Origin: Hemiscyllium ocellatum
Lineage: Eukaryota
Assembly: GCF_020745735.1 (NCBI RefSeq)
Contig: NC_083409.1
Span: forward strand, 9,475,534 to 9,539,533
Length of the DNA: 64,000 nt
Direction: 5' to 3'
The stretch's first letter is position 1. Each line of letters starts with the position of its first letter. Shown piece after piece: positions 48,340 through 61,649 of the stretch. A program made the position numbers and the translations under genes. The notes beneath the pieces are model-generated. The model was not told the origin of the DNA and did not search any database. It saw nothing but the letters and a program-made list of their open reading frames with translations.

Positions 48340-51300
48340 AGAACAAGGGACAAAGAAAATTACAAAACAGGAACAGGCCCTTCGGCCCTCCAAGCCTGCA
48401 CTGATCCATAGCTTCTATCTAGAGCTATCATCAATTTTCCAAGGATCTGTATCCCTCTGCTCCCTGCCAATTCATGCATCTATCTCAATGATGCTATCAT
48501 GCCCGCCTCTACCACTTCCGCTGGCAATGTGTTCCAGGTACCAACCACTCTCTGCGTAAAGAACTTTCCACGCATATCTCCCTTAAACCTTTCTCTTCTC
48601 ACCTTGAACCCATGGTGCCTAGTAATTGAACCCTCACTCTGGGAAAAATCTTCTTGCTATCCATCCTGTTTATAGCTCTCATGATTTTGTAGACCTCTAG
48701 CAGGTCCTCCCTCAATCTTCAACTTTCTATTGAAAATGATGCTAATCTACTCAACCTCTCTTCATAGCTCACACCCTCCATATGAAACAATCCTGGTTAA
48801 GCTCCTCTGCACCGTCTCCAAAGCATCCTTTTGGTAATGTGGCGACCAGAACTGTATGCAGTATTCCAAATGTGGCCAAGCCAAATTTCGATACAATTCT
48901 AACATGACCTGCCTACTCTTGTACCCCAACCGATGAAGGAAAGCATGCCATCTGCATTACCACCTTCAGGGTACAATGGACCCGAACATCCAGATCTCTC
49001 TGTGCATCAATTTTCCCCAGGGCTTTCCATTCAGCATATAGTTTACTCCAGAATTGGATCTTCCAAAATTCATCAGATCACATTTGCCTGGATTGAACTC
49101 CATCTGTCCGTTTCTCTGCCCAACTCTCCAATCTATCTATATTCTGCTGCATTCTCTGATAGTCCCCTGCTCCTCCACCAATCTTAGTGTCATCTGCAAA
49201 CTTGTTAATCAGACCACCTATACCTTCTTCCAGATCATTTATATTTCTATAATATAAACAAGAGTGTTCTCAGCACGGATTCCTGTTCTCCATTTTGAGA
49301 AACTCCCTTCCACTACTACTCTCTGTCTCCTGTTGCTCAGCCTGTTCTCTATCCATCTAGCTAGTACACCCTGGACCCCATGCGACTTTAATTTCTCTAT
49401 CAGGCTACATGGGGAATGTTATCAAACACCTTACTGAAGTCCATATGTATGACATCTACAGCTCTTCCCCAATCTATCAATTCGTCACTTCTTCAAAAAA
49501 TTCTATGAAGTAGGTAAGACATGAAATTCCCTGCACAAAATCATGTTGCCTATCACTGATACATCCATTTTCTTCCAAATCAGTATCTGCTTCAGCAGCT
49601 TCCCTTCCACTGATGTCAGGCTCACCGCTTGATAATTACCTGGATTATCTTTGCTACTCTTTTTATACAAGGGGACAACATTAGCCATTCTCCAGTCCTC
49701 TGGGTCCTCACCCATGTTCAAGATTGCTACAAAGATATCTCTTAAGGCCCCAGCTATCTCCTCTCTTGCTTCCCACAGTACCCGGGGATAGATTCCATCC
49801 TGACCTGGGGACCTGTCCACCTTAATGCCTTTTAGAATACTCAACACTTTCTCCCGCCTTAAACCAACTTGACTAAGAGTAATCAAACATCTATCCCCAA
49901 CTTCAACGTCCAGCTTTTCCCTCTCCTTGGTGAGTACCAAAACAAACCACTCATTTAGAATCTCTCCCATTTTCCCTGACTCCATGCATAACTTTCCTCT
50001 GTCCTTGAGTGGGCCAACCCTTTCGCTAGTCACCCTCTTGCTCCTTATATATGAATAAAAGGCTTTGGGATTTCCTTAACCCATTTTGCTCATGATGTTT
50101 TGTGACCCCTTTTAGCCCTTTTAATTCCTAATTTCAGATCGATCCTAGTTTCCCAATATTCTTCCAAAGCTTTGTCTGTTGTCAGCCACCTAGACCTTAT
50201 GTATGCATCCTTTTTCCTCTTAGCTAGTCTCACAATTTCACTTGTTATCCAGGGTTCCCTAATCTTGTCATTGCAATCCCTCATTGTCACAGGGTCATGT
50301 CTGTCCTGCATTCTAATCAACCTCTCTTTAAAAGCCTCCCACATTTCAAATGTGGATTTGCCCTCAAACAGCTGCTCCCAATCCACATTCCCCAGCTTCT
50401 GCTGAATTTTGCTATAGTTGGTCTTTCCCCCAGTTTAGCCATCTTCCTTTCGGACCACTCGCGTCTTTGTCCATTAGCATTCTAAAACTTATGGAATTGT
50501 GATCACTGTTCCCAAAGTAATCCCCGACTGAGATTTCAACCACCTGGCTGGGCTCATTCCCCAACACCAGGCCCAGTATGGCCCCTTCCTGAGTTGAACT
50601 ATTTACATACTATGTAAAATCCTGCTGGGTGCTCCTTACAAATTCTGCTCTGTCTGAACCTATAACTTTAAATGAATCCCCGTCAATGTTGAGAAAATTA
50701 AAATCTCCCATCACCACCACCCTGTTGCTCCTATATCTTCCATAATCTGTTTACATATTTGACCGCTATCTCGCGCTGGCTGTTGGGAGGACTATAGTAC
50801 AGCCCCAGCATTGTTACTGTACCCTTCCTGTTTCTGATGTCTGCCCAAATTGCCCCTCTGCTCAAGTCCTCCATCGTGCCTTCCTTCAGCACAGCTGTGA
50901 TGTCCTCTCTGACCAGTAATGCTACTCCTCTACCCCTTTTACCTCCCTCTCGAACCCATCTGATACATCTATATCCTGGGATATTTAGTTGCCATTCTTG
51001 CCTTTCCCTCAACCAAGTCTCAGTAATAGCAATAACATCATACTACCAGGTACAAATCCAAGCCTTTAATTCCTCTGCCTTACCTACTACACTTTTTGCA
51101 TTAAAACAAATGCATCTCAGACCACCTGCCCCTTTGCGTTCATCATCTACCTATTCTTCCCCTTAGTCACACCCATTTCATTACTTAGTTCCTTACAGGC
51201 TTTAGTTACTACCTCCTTACTGTCCACTAACCTCCTCATTTGGTTGCCGTCACTCTGCTACATTATTTTGAACCGTCCCCAAGTACGTGAGCAAAAGTAG

Positions 51301-51700
51301 CCTGGAGGACATTGGTTCCAGTCCTGCCCAGGTGCAGGCATTCTTGATTTGTAATAGTCCCACCTCCCCCGGAACCAATCCCAATGTCACAAAAATCTGA
51401 ACTCCCCCCCGCCAACTGCACCATCTCTCAAGCCACTCATTCATCCTGCCTATTCTTCCATGTCTATTCTGACTAGTACGTGGCACTGGTTGCAATCCTG
51501 AGAGAACTACCTCTGAGGTCCTTATTTTTAATGTGGTTCCTAACTCCCTAAATTCTGAATGTTGGACGTCATCCCGTTTATTAGGTATATCATTGCGGCC
51601 TACATGCACCATCACAGCTAGCTGTTCACCCTCCCCTTTCAGAGCTATTCGGGAATCTCGTTTTTGACCACAGAACCACCTATCTATTCCCCTTACAAAG
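48340..51700 (-). mobile_element. Long decayed CR1 (ORF1 end, APE, RT, 3' tail)
   Basis: ORFs 51250, 50731 (GGKRGRGVALLV), 50090 and 49503 (SPGQDG...VVPLYKK...YQAVSLTS). Confidence 0.85.
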
Positions 51701-52099
51701 TCCAAATAAACCACATCCGCTGGGTCCGCCTTGTCAAATCCACTCGCTACATCCTCAAACAAGCCCAGTAGATTTTTTAAACATGATTTTTCTTTTGATA
51801 ATCCATGCTGACTCTGTCCAATTCTGTCACTGTTTTCTCAGTGATAAGCTATAAAATATTTTATAATGAATTTGAGATTTTTCTCCACTGCTGATGTACG
51901 ACTAATTGGTCTAAAATTCCCTCAAGTTAATGCTCAATGTTTCCCTTCATGGGAAAGTAAGGGCTACACAGAATACCACTGAGTGACCACTAGGACATGA
52001 TCCAGAATACAGGAGGATCAGAAAGCTGAATTGTAGCTATTTCAATGTAAGGAGCTTGACCAGTAATGTGATTGAACTGAAAGCATTGAACGGCACTTG

Positions 52100-53180
52100 G
52101 GAATATAGAGTCAGCGATACATAGAGATGTACAGCATGGAAACAAACCCTTTGGTCCAACCTGTCCATGCCGACCAGATATCCCAACCCAATCTAGTCCC
52201 ACCTGCCAGCACCCGGCCCACATCCCCCCAAACCCTTTTTATTCATGTGTGCATCCAAATGCCTTTTAAATGTTGCAATTGTACCAGCCTCCACCACTTC
52301 CTCTGGCAGCTCATTCCATACACATACCACTCTCTGTGTGAAAAAGTTGCCCCTTACATCTCTTTTATATATTTCCCGTCTCATCCTAAACCTATGCCCT
52401 GTAGTTCTGGACTCCCCAATCCCAGGGAAAATACTTCGTCTGTTTATCCTATCCATGCCCCTCATAATTTTGTAAACCTCTATAAGGTCACCCTCAGCCT
52501 CTGCCGCTCCAGGGAAAACAGCCCCAGCCTGTTCAGCCTCTCACTTTAGCTCAAATCCTCCAACCCTGGCAACATCCTAATAAATCTTTTTTGAACACTT
52601 TCAAGTTTCACAACATCTTTCCGATAGGAAGGAGACCAAAATATTTCAACAGTGGCCTCACCAATGTCCTATACAGCCACAACATGACCTCCCAACTCCT
52701 GTATTCGATACTCTGACCAATAAAGGAAAGCATAGCAAACACCTTCTTCACTATCCTATCTACCTGTGACTCCACTTTCAAGGAGCTATGAACCTGCACT
52801 CTAAGGTCTCTTTGTTCAGCAACACTCTCTAGGACCTTATCATTAAGTGTATAAGTCCTGCTAAGGTTTGCTTTCCCAAAATGTATCACCTCGCATTTAT
52901 CTGAATTAAACTCCATCTGCCACTTCGCAGCCCATTGGCCCATCTGATCAAGATCCCGTTGTAATCTGAGGTAACCTTCTTTGCTTAAAAGAAATCCCTG
53001 AAGAAGGGCTTATGCCCGAAACATCGATTCTCCTGATCCTTTGATGCTGCCTAACCTGCTGCACTTTTCCAGCAACACATTTTCAGCTCTGATCTCCAGC
53101 AACTTCAGTCCTCACTTTCTCCGAACCTTCTTTGCTGTCCACTCCACCTCCAATTTTGGTGTCATCTGCAAACTTACTAA
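52100..53180 (-). mobile_element. CR1 3' portion interrupted by a Penelope fragment
   Basis: ORFs 52608 (EFNSDKCEVIHFG) and 52193. Confidence 0.85.
52986..53123 (+). mobile_element. Penelope pLTR fragment with perfect 13-bp TSD
   Basis: AACCTTCTTTGCT at 52973-52985 and 53124-53136. Confidence 0.8.
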
Positions 53181-53199
53181 CCATACCTCTGATGCTATT

Positions 53200-54330
53200 T
53201 CATATGCTGTTGCATCGTCTTTTTGGAATATCATATTGTTGCAATTGCTGAGACAAGACTGAACAAAGATAGGACTGGCCGCTCAACATTCCAGGGTAGA
53301 CAAGTCTGAGGTGGGATAGACAGGGTGCAAGAGAGGTGGGTGTGTTGCATTATTGATAAAAGAAACCATGACTGCAGTATTGCTACTGAAGGAGCATTTC
53401 TTGGAAGGCTCTTCAAATGACGCCGTCTGGGTAGAGCGAGACAAAAGGACATTCACTTTGCTGGGATTATTCTACAGCCTCCCCAATAGTCAGTTGGAGA
53501 GAGAGGAGCAGATATGTCGGCAAAGCAATGAGAGGCTTGAGAGGAATAGGGCTATATTAGCAAGGAATTTCAACTTCTCTAACATAAACTTTATGTTTGA
53601 CTTCATGTGAATGGAATTTTTAAAGTCCATCCAGGAGAGCTTTTGGTGCCAGTACGTAGATAGTCCCACTAGACATGGGCAGTGTTGGGCTCAATCCGAG
53701 TAATGTCAAATTGTTGAAGAGTCAATGGGTGAGCATTTTGGAGATAGTGAACATAACTCCGTACGTTTCCTAACTATTATGGAAAGGAATAGGGGTAGCG
53801 CAGAAGTTAAATGTCTAAAGTGAGGCAAGGCCAATTTCAATTTCATTAGACAGGATCTGGCAAATATAGACTGGGATCAGTTACTTGGAGGTCAGTCTAC
53901 ATTTGGAAAGTGGGGATCTTTTTAATGTAGTTCAAGGCCAGCTCAGAAAGAAAGGCAAGGACAGCAGCTCCTGGGATCCTGGATGTCAAAGGACGTGGAT
54001 AGTTTGTGAAAGAAAAAGGAATAAGCACATACCAAGTACAGAACATCAAAAAGAGGGGAGGTACTTAAAAAATAGGAGGACAAAGAGGGGCCATAAAATA
54101 TGTTTGGCAGCCTGATCCCCTCACCCCAGAATATTTAGGAAAGTGGAATTAGAAAGAATAGATGCACTCGTCGTCATCTTTCAGAAATCTAGACTCAGGA
54201 GCAATTCCTATGGATTGGAAAGTGACTAACATAACCCCACTATTTAAGAAAGAAGACAGAGAGAACACAGTGTTTTTTGTCGACCAGTTAGCTTGGCATC
54301 AGCAGTGGGAGAAATACGGGAGTCCATTAT
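53200..54330 (+). mobile_element. Decayed CR1 APE region
   Basis: AIAETRL...GGCVALLIKE...GLFYSLPNS...ARNFNF, then NITPLFKK...YRPVSL-like sequence. Confidence 0.65.
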
Positions 54331-54639
54331 AAAAGATACGCAGCAAATGTTGTTGTAACCTGTACCTTATGAACCGGCATTCTTGACAAACCGGCAAAAG
54401 TTATATCCCTCAAATGCTGCAAAGTTTAATATATCATTCTGTCCGATTATTATACATTTATAATTTAATAACTTCAGTGTAAATATACTTGTTTTTCAAT
54501 TGAATGGCCACATGAAATACCAACAGTTGATTCAATTTCGAGTCAATTTCTCCTCAAACACTGCGACCTGCCACGATGCCTGGGTAATCAGTTGAGAGTG
54601 TGAGTGAGAAGGATGTGGGGAGAAAGTGGGCTATTCTAG

Positions 54640-54830
54640 ATACAAAGCATTGCTGACCACAATCATCATCTAGTGGCCTGCTGGGTGTAGCTTGTCAGGA
54701 GCTGAACAAGGAAGAAAGAGTCATTAAGCTGAACAAGAAAGTTTGCAATTAAAGATGCCCAAGTTAAGTACATAAGTCACATACTGAGAGCAAAAGGATT
54801 TGCCTGGATTCTGGAAAGGTAAGAGCGGTG
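54640..54830 (+). mobile_element. Gypsy RT remnant
   Basis: AAGCTGAACAAGAAA...CAATTAAAGATGCCC...AAGTACATAAGTCACATACTG translates as KLNK..QLKMP..KYI.HIL. Confidence 0.45.
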
Positions 54831-55219
54831 GCAGTGATGTGGTGACTGACAGGTGTGAAAACAGTGTAAGGGTTTGTTGGATTCATCAACTACGAAGTGT
54901 CAATTTCTAATTAGAGTGACAATCATGATGCTACCCAACTATTCCCATCCCAACTGCTGGTATTATTGGACAACACAGATCTCAGACTGCAACACAAACA
55001 GAAACTGCTGAAGAAATGCAGTTGGTCTGCAGCATCTGTAGAGCATAAGTACGCAATGCTGATGATTTAGATTGAATAATAAGACCTCAGTGCACAAAAG
55101 AAATGAAGATAAAATAAAACATACTGACAGAAAACACAATTGCAAAAGATTTCAAAACACGGCAAAATAAAATCCTTTCTATTCAAACATTATAGTTTTA
55201 TTGTACTTAAATAACAGTG

Positions 55220-58110
55220 AGAAGGCGTTCATTTCTCTAACGTGTCTTTAGGTTTAACTTAACTGTAGTTTTCATTTCATTGTCTTGAAAGTTTAATTGC
55301 CTTTTCCTTGATGAATACTTCGCTGGCCACAGGTGTAGTGTCAGACTGGAGGATTGTCAATGTGGTTCCTTTGTTCAAGAAGGGCAGCAGGGATAGGCCA
55401 GGCAATTCCAGACCAATTAGTCTGATGTCAGTGTGAGGGAAATTATTAGAAAAATTCCTGAAGTACAGGATTAAGCAATACTTGGAGAGGTAGGGATGCC
55501 AGTATTGATTTGTTTGACAAAGGCCCCACATGGAAGGCTGGTCCAGATGGTCAGAGCCAATGGGATCCAAGGCAAGTTGACAAGTTGGTGAAGGGTTGTC
55601 TTAGTAATTGGAAGCCTGTGACCAGTGGTGTATGACAGGAATTGGGGCTGCGACCCTTTCTGTTTGTAATGTACCTTAATGAATTGACTGTGATTGTATA
55701 ATTAGAAAGTTTTCAGATGCCACGTAAATTGGTGGTGTTGTCGATATTGATTTTATTTTATTGTTACATGGACTCAAGTACAAAAGTATTGGAGTACAGT
55801 GAAAAGTTGTGATGTCACCTTGGAAGGAGCCATCTTAGGTACAAGGACCGAGATACAGAATCTTAAGAACAAGGTATAAAGAAAGAATAAATTTAAAAGT
55901 TACACGTTGCAGACTTTTTGACCTTTTTAGTTTTAAGAAGAAAATAAAGAAATAAATCTGGAAGTTCAATCATTACAGTCTTTCTTAAGTGCTTAGCTAC
56001 CGTGGGATCATACTTTGAATCATTCACTTCGAGACCGGAAGGCAAGCTGAGGCTGTGCTGGCCTGAAAGACCACTATATACAGCAAAAGACCACACTGTG
56101 GGCCGAGAGACAACCACGTTGGTCCATTGAGAGATCGCCATGCTAGGCCGAGAGTTCGTCACGCTGGAGTGACAGTCGAGCATTCTGAGCCGAGAGGCCT
56201 CCACATTAAACTGAGAGCCCAACACGTCAGACCGAGAGTCTGCCTCACCGAGCTGGGAGGTCTCTCTGCCAGGTTAGGACTCTGCCACACCAAGTCAAGA
56301 GGCCGCAACACTGGGGCTGCACTGGTCAGAGGCCTGGCGACTGAGGCTGGGAGTCCGTGGCTGGGAGAGAAAAGAAGGGAGAACGACAAAAGAAAAACAC
56401 AAAAGAAAATAAAAAACAGTGGAAGAAAAAGCAGAAAAGGAAACAGATGGAGCAGATGAACTTGGTCTGAAGAGTCCTACTCTGCTGCCATCTTGGATTA
56501 CTGGGTCTCAGGCTACAGTCTGATATTGATCAGCTGGTAACTGGGCAGAACAATGGCAGATGGAATTTAATCCTGACAAGTGTAAGGTGATCCAGTTTGG
56601 GAGGTGTAATAAGGGAAGGATATACACAATGAAAGGCATGTGCCTTGAGTGTCCTTATGCATGAATCACAGAGGGTTGGTCTACAGGTACAACAAGCAAT
56701 TAGGAAGGCAAATGGAATTTTGTCCTTCATTGCTAAAGGGATTGAGTTTAAAAAGCAGAGAGGTTATGTTGCAGCTGTACAGGGTGCTGGTGAGGCCACA
56801 CCTGGAGTACTTTGTGCAGTTTTGGTCTCCTTACTTGAGAAAGGATGTACTGGCACGAGAAGGGGTGCAGAGAAGGTTAATTCCAGAGTTGAGGGTGTTA
56901 GTTTATGAGGAGAGACTGAGTAGATTGACATATATTCATTGGAATTTAGAAGAATGAGGGGGGATCTTACAGGAATATATAACATTATGAAGAGAATAGA
57001 TAAGACTGAAGTAGAGAGAATATTTCCACTGGCAGGTGAAACTTGGACAAGAGGGCATCGCCTCAAAATTAAGGGGAGCAGATTTAGGATTGAATTGAGA
57101 AGGAACTTCTTCACCCAGAGGGTCAAAATCTATGAAATTTCTTGTCCTATGAAGTAGTTGATGTTTCTTCAGTAAATATTTTTAGAGCTCAGATTTTTTT
57201 TTGAAAAATAAAGGAATTAAGAGATAAGATGAGAGTGCAGGTATGTGGAGTCCAGGAAAAGATCTGCCATGATCTTATTGCACAGTGGAGCAGGCTCGAA
57301 GAGCCAGATGGCCTACTCCTGCTCCTAGTTCTTATGTTCTCATGTTCCTTGGGAGTAGTGAGGAACAAAGGGACCTTGGTGTACAAGTCCAGCGATCTCA
57401 GAAGGTATCAGCACAGCTAGACAGGGTGGTGAAGAAGGCATATGGGATGCTTGCCATCATTAGCCAGTGTGTAGTATATCGGAGTAAGGAAGTCTCATTG
57501 TTAATTTACAGAGCATTGGTTAGGCCATATCTGGAACACTGTATACATATCACTGTTGGAAAAACATGATTGGACTGGAGAGGGTGGAGAGTAGATTCAC
57601 CAGGATGTTGCTTGGGATGGAAAGTGTTAGTTATGAGGAGAGAGACTTGATCAACTGAGTTTGTTTCCTGTGGAGCAGAGGAAGCATGGGGGTGGGGTGG
57701 GGGTGGGGGGGGGGAGCGTGGTGGAAGGCGTTAGTGAATCTGATTAAGGGCTACAAAATTTTGAGAGACATAAACAAAGTCAATTGTGATCATCTTTTCC
57801 CCATGGCAGACATGTCTATGACCGGAGGAAATAAGCTTAATGTGATGAAAAGGTGGTTGAGAGGGAATTGAGGATTTTTTTTACCCCAGAGGGTGGTAGA
57901 AATATGGAATGTGCTGCTTGAGAAGGTGATGGAGGCAGCTCCTCTCACAATATTTAAGACACATCCAGATGAGCATATAAAATGCCAGGGCATGGAATGC
58001 TATGGACCAAGTGCAGGTAAATGGGATTAGTGCAGTTTGATGTTTACTGATCAGCATCAACATGGCGGGCAGAAGGGCCTGTTTGTTTGCTTTATGACTC
58101 TATGACTATG
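55220..58110 (+). mobile_element. Nested CR1 fragments (host split at 55751-56499; younger 3' CR1 at about 56640-57350)
   Basis: NVVPLFKKGSRDRPGNSRPISL; ORFs 56649, 56939 and 57285. Confidence 0.75.
55751..56499 (-). mobile_element. Non-coding about 750-bp non-autonomous non-LTR element
   Basis: 5' CCAAGATGGCAGC (56496-56484); internal 42-45-bp periodicity; 3' ...CACTGTAC...CATGTAACAATAAAATAAAA tail; splits a CR1 RT. Confidence 0.65.
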
Positions 58111-59990
58111 AAGAGAAGGAGGTGGAGACATTTTTCATGCCTTTTGAGAAGATATTTAAACAAGTGAGGCGAGGAAAAACAATGGAGCTTGCCCATGCAA
58201 GCTTGGGAAGCATAAGAAGTTTCTAGATCCCTGCCAGAGGAACATTCTCAGGATCACAAGGAAGTGAAAAGGTGAAAAGCACATCTGCATTGATCCCAGA
58301 AACATACAGACAGATGTTTCAGAACTTACAGAAACAGCCTCCACAAACTTCTACTGAGTTTGAGAGAATTCAGCAAAATAATGTTGACAGGTGGATAGAG
58401 CATTAAAGGCTGAGAATACTTACAATGCTGTCGGAGAAATTATTCTCTGAGAAGGATTTAAAACTTCCTTCCCTTCTAGAATCAGAATTCATGTAAAAGC
58501 CTGAAGGGGAAGAACAGCATGACAAGCAGCTAGAATGGTTAATGATTATAGTCTTCATTAAAGCCAAAACCCTGCAGATGCTGGAATCCAAAGTCGACAA
58601 ACAGGAAGCTGGAAGAGCACAACAAGCCAAGCAGCATCAGGAGGTGGAGAAGTCACCTGATGGGAGATTAATCCAGAAACCTTATTCCCATCAGGCCCAG
58701 TAATGGGAGAAAAATAAAAATTGGGAGAGTGTGTGGAAGGCAGGTAGACAGGGGAGAGAATGGACAGGAGGGACCTGCCCGAGAACTACTCTTCAGATGA
58801 AGAAAGAAATTGCTGAGGCTGGAAGCGATGATCAGAAGTTTAAATGATTCTCTTAGAATAAGGTGGGCCATGTGCGTATGGAATGTTGGAAGCTGTGAGG
58901 TAAGACCCAGGAGATTTATGGGAGTTAGTAAAAATGAGTCAGAAGAGGGAATGCAAACAGATAATCCCATGGAGCAGGTTGTAGCTGTAACTATAACAAA
59001 AAGGCTGGAGGTGAATTCTGTCATCAGTAAAGGAAGTTGTAAAATAGATGAGAGGTGGGCAGGATTTTTATCAAAAGGAATGGTGACTCCTTTTTCTTCA
59101 GCTAAACCCAGAATCAAACTGAGAGATACAGGGGCAAAACAATCACTTTTACTGGAGAAAGAATCAATTTTCCCTCCAGAGAGCTCGATGGATTCTAAGG
59201 TGTTCATCAATGGGATTGGTGGAGAATATATTCCACTTCCACTCATAAAGTACAACTGGAATGTGATTTGTTATCAGGAGAAGTAATTGTCGGAGTGGGG
59301 AAAACATTCCCTGTTGAGGGAGTCGATTTCCTTCTGGGGAATGGTTTGTCAGGATTAAAGGCAGTAGCTTCCCCGATAATTACAGAATGTCCAAAGGAGG
59401 GCCAAGAAACAGAACAATGACAGGAACAGGTTCCTGGTCTCTCTCCTTCGTGTGAGGTAACCAGGGCAATGGTTAAACAAAATCCATCAATAAGGGTTGA
59501 TGTGACACCACAGCAAGTGAAAGGATCGCTGAAACTTTCCGAAAGGGTGAAGATAATCCAGGTGGAGTGGTTGGTATGATGTCCCTAATTACAGCAGATC
59601 CAAAAAGCAGATCCCGAATGAAATAAATGAGCACTCTCAGTTCATACTGAGGTCGAGGCTGGAGGGGTTTCAGAATGCTATTATCTTCAGAATGGAGCAC
59701 TGATGAGGAAGTATAGACTGCCCCCCACACTCCCCCACCCCCCCCCCCCCCCACCACCGCCCCTCCATGGACCCCAGATGAAGAATGGTTGGTTAGATAT
59801 TGGCTAGTGGTACCACCCAGCTATCACAGGGAGATATTGTGAGGAGCACATCAGATTCCCATGACAGGACCATGGGGATTTGGAAATTGTCCAATTGTCC
59901 ACAGGCATCCAGAATCAGGTGTTTTATTGAGCCAAAATTATATAAAGATGTGGCGCATTTTTATAAATGTATCATACTTGAACTCATCTT
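58108..59990 (+). mobile_element. Gmr1-like Gypsy LTR retrotransposon remnant: gag, protease, integrase Zn-binding region
   Basis: EKEVETFFMPFEK...PETYRQ.F gag; LRDTGAKQSLL protease (DTG 59125-59133); about 59790-59985 reads V.P...EI...H..P..G...FY.PKLYKDVAHF..C; Penelope fragment inserted at about 58560-58660. Confidence 0.7.
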
Positions 59991-61240
59991 TACCAATCTG
60001 CCAGCTGCAGATGCATCTGTCCATGAAAGTACCAGTAAGGGTGACCACCGCAAGTCCTTGTGAAGACCAACACCCGCCTTCACATTGAGAATAGCCTCCA
60101 TCGTGTTGTGTGGCACTATCACGAGACTAACTGGGACAGACTTACAACCAATCTCACAACTCATGACTGGGCATCCATGAAGCACTGTGGGCCATCAACA
60201 GCAGCAGAATTGTGGTCCAACCCCGACTCGAACATTATCATCAAACCAGGGGATCAACACTGGTTCAATGGAGAATTCAGGAGGGCATACCAGGAGCAGC
60301 ACCAGTCATTCACCAAGATGAAGTATTCCTGCATTCCTGATGAAGGGTTTTGGCCCAAAAGGTCGATTTTACTGCTCCTCGGATGCTGCCTGAACTGCTG
60401 TGCTTTTCCAGCACCACTCTAATCTAGACTCTGGTTTCCAGCATCTGCAGCCATTGTTTTTACCAAGATGAGGTATTTACCGGGTGAAGCCACCAAACAG
60501 GACTACTTGCATGGCAAGCAGCACAAGCAGCAATTGATAGACAGTAATAGACAACACACAACCAATGGATCAGATCTAAGCTCTGCAGTCCTGTCACATC
60601 CAGTCATGAGTACTGGGAGACGATTAAACGTCTCACTGGATGAGCGGGCTCCACAAATATCCCCACCCTCAATGATGGAAGAGTCCAACACATCAGGGCA
60701 AAAGATAAGGCTGAAGCTTTTGCAGAAATCCTCAGCTAGAAGTCCTGAGTGGATGACCCATCTTGGCCTCCTCCAGTGGTCCTCACCATTAAAGATAACC
60801 ATCTTCAGTCAAGTTGATTCACTCCACGTGTTATCAAGAAATGTGTGGAGGCACTGGGTACTGCAAAGGCTATGGGCCCTGACAACATTCTGGTAATAAT
60901 ACTGAAGACTTGTGCTCCAGAACTTGTCACTTCCCTAGCCAAGCTGTTCCAGGAAAGCTATAACACTAGCATCTGCCCAACAATGTGGAAAATTACCCAA
61001 CTATGTCCTGTACATAAAAAGCAGGTCAAATCCAAGCCAGCCAATTACCTCCCCACCAGTCTCCTCTCGAAAATCGGGAAAGTGATGGAATGTCATCAAC
61101 AGTGCTATCAATCAGCACCTGCTCAGCAATAACCTGCTCAGTGATGCCCAGTTTGGGTTCCACCAGGGTCACTCAGCTCCTGGCTTCATTACAGATTGGT
61201 TCAAACATGGACAAAAGAGTTGAATTAGGGATGAGCAATA
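59990..61240 (+). mobile_element. L2/CR1-like LINE fragment (post-APE to RT start) with Penelope insert 60328-60461
   Basis: ORFs 60060 (VWHYHETNWDRL) and 60845 (KAMGPDNI...LAKLFQ...ANYLPTSLLS); insert flanked by ACCAAGATGA(A/G)GTATT (60312-60327, 60462-60477). Confidence 0.75.
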
Positions 61241-61649
61241 AAAGCTGGCCTTGGGCAACTGGGGATAAGCAACAAATGCAGGCCAGCAAGTGATGCTCGC
61301 ATTACACAAAATGAATAATTTTTTAAAACACTTGTCAAGTTATAGGTAAACCTCAACATGTGATTGAACCAGCATCCTTAATTCCTCTCCCACGTTTTGA
61401 GGAACCATTCAGTCGTGTACAGGTGTGTCAAGTCATGAGTATAATGGAGGAGGGGATAAGAAAAGGTGTGAGAGCCAAAGGCAATTGGACAATTTCCAAA
61501 GTGAACTTCCTCCTATGAGGTGAACAAATTCAGAGATATTAGAGAATTCAGACACTGTATTTTTGCATCTGGAGGAAGATCAACAGAGGGACAGAGTGAG
61601 ATTGCTCAGAGAATACAAAGAAGTTTGTGTGAGGAGTGGTTGGGGCATG

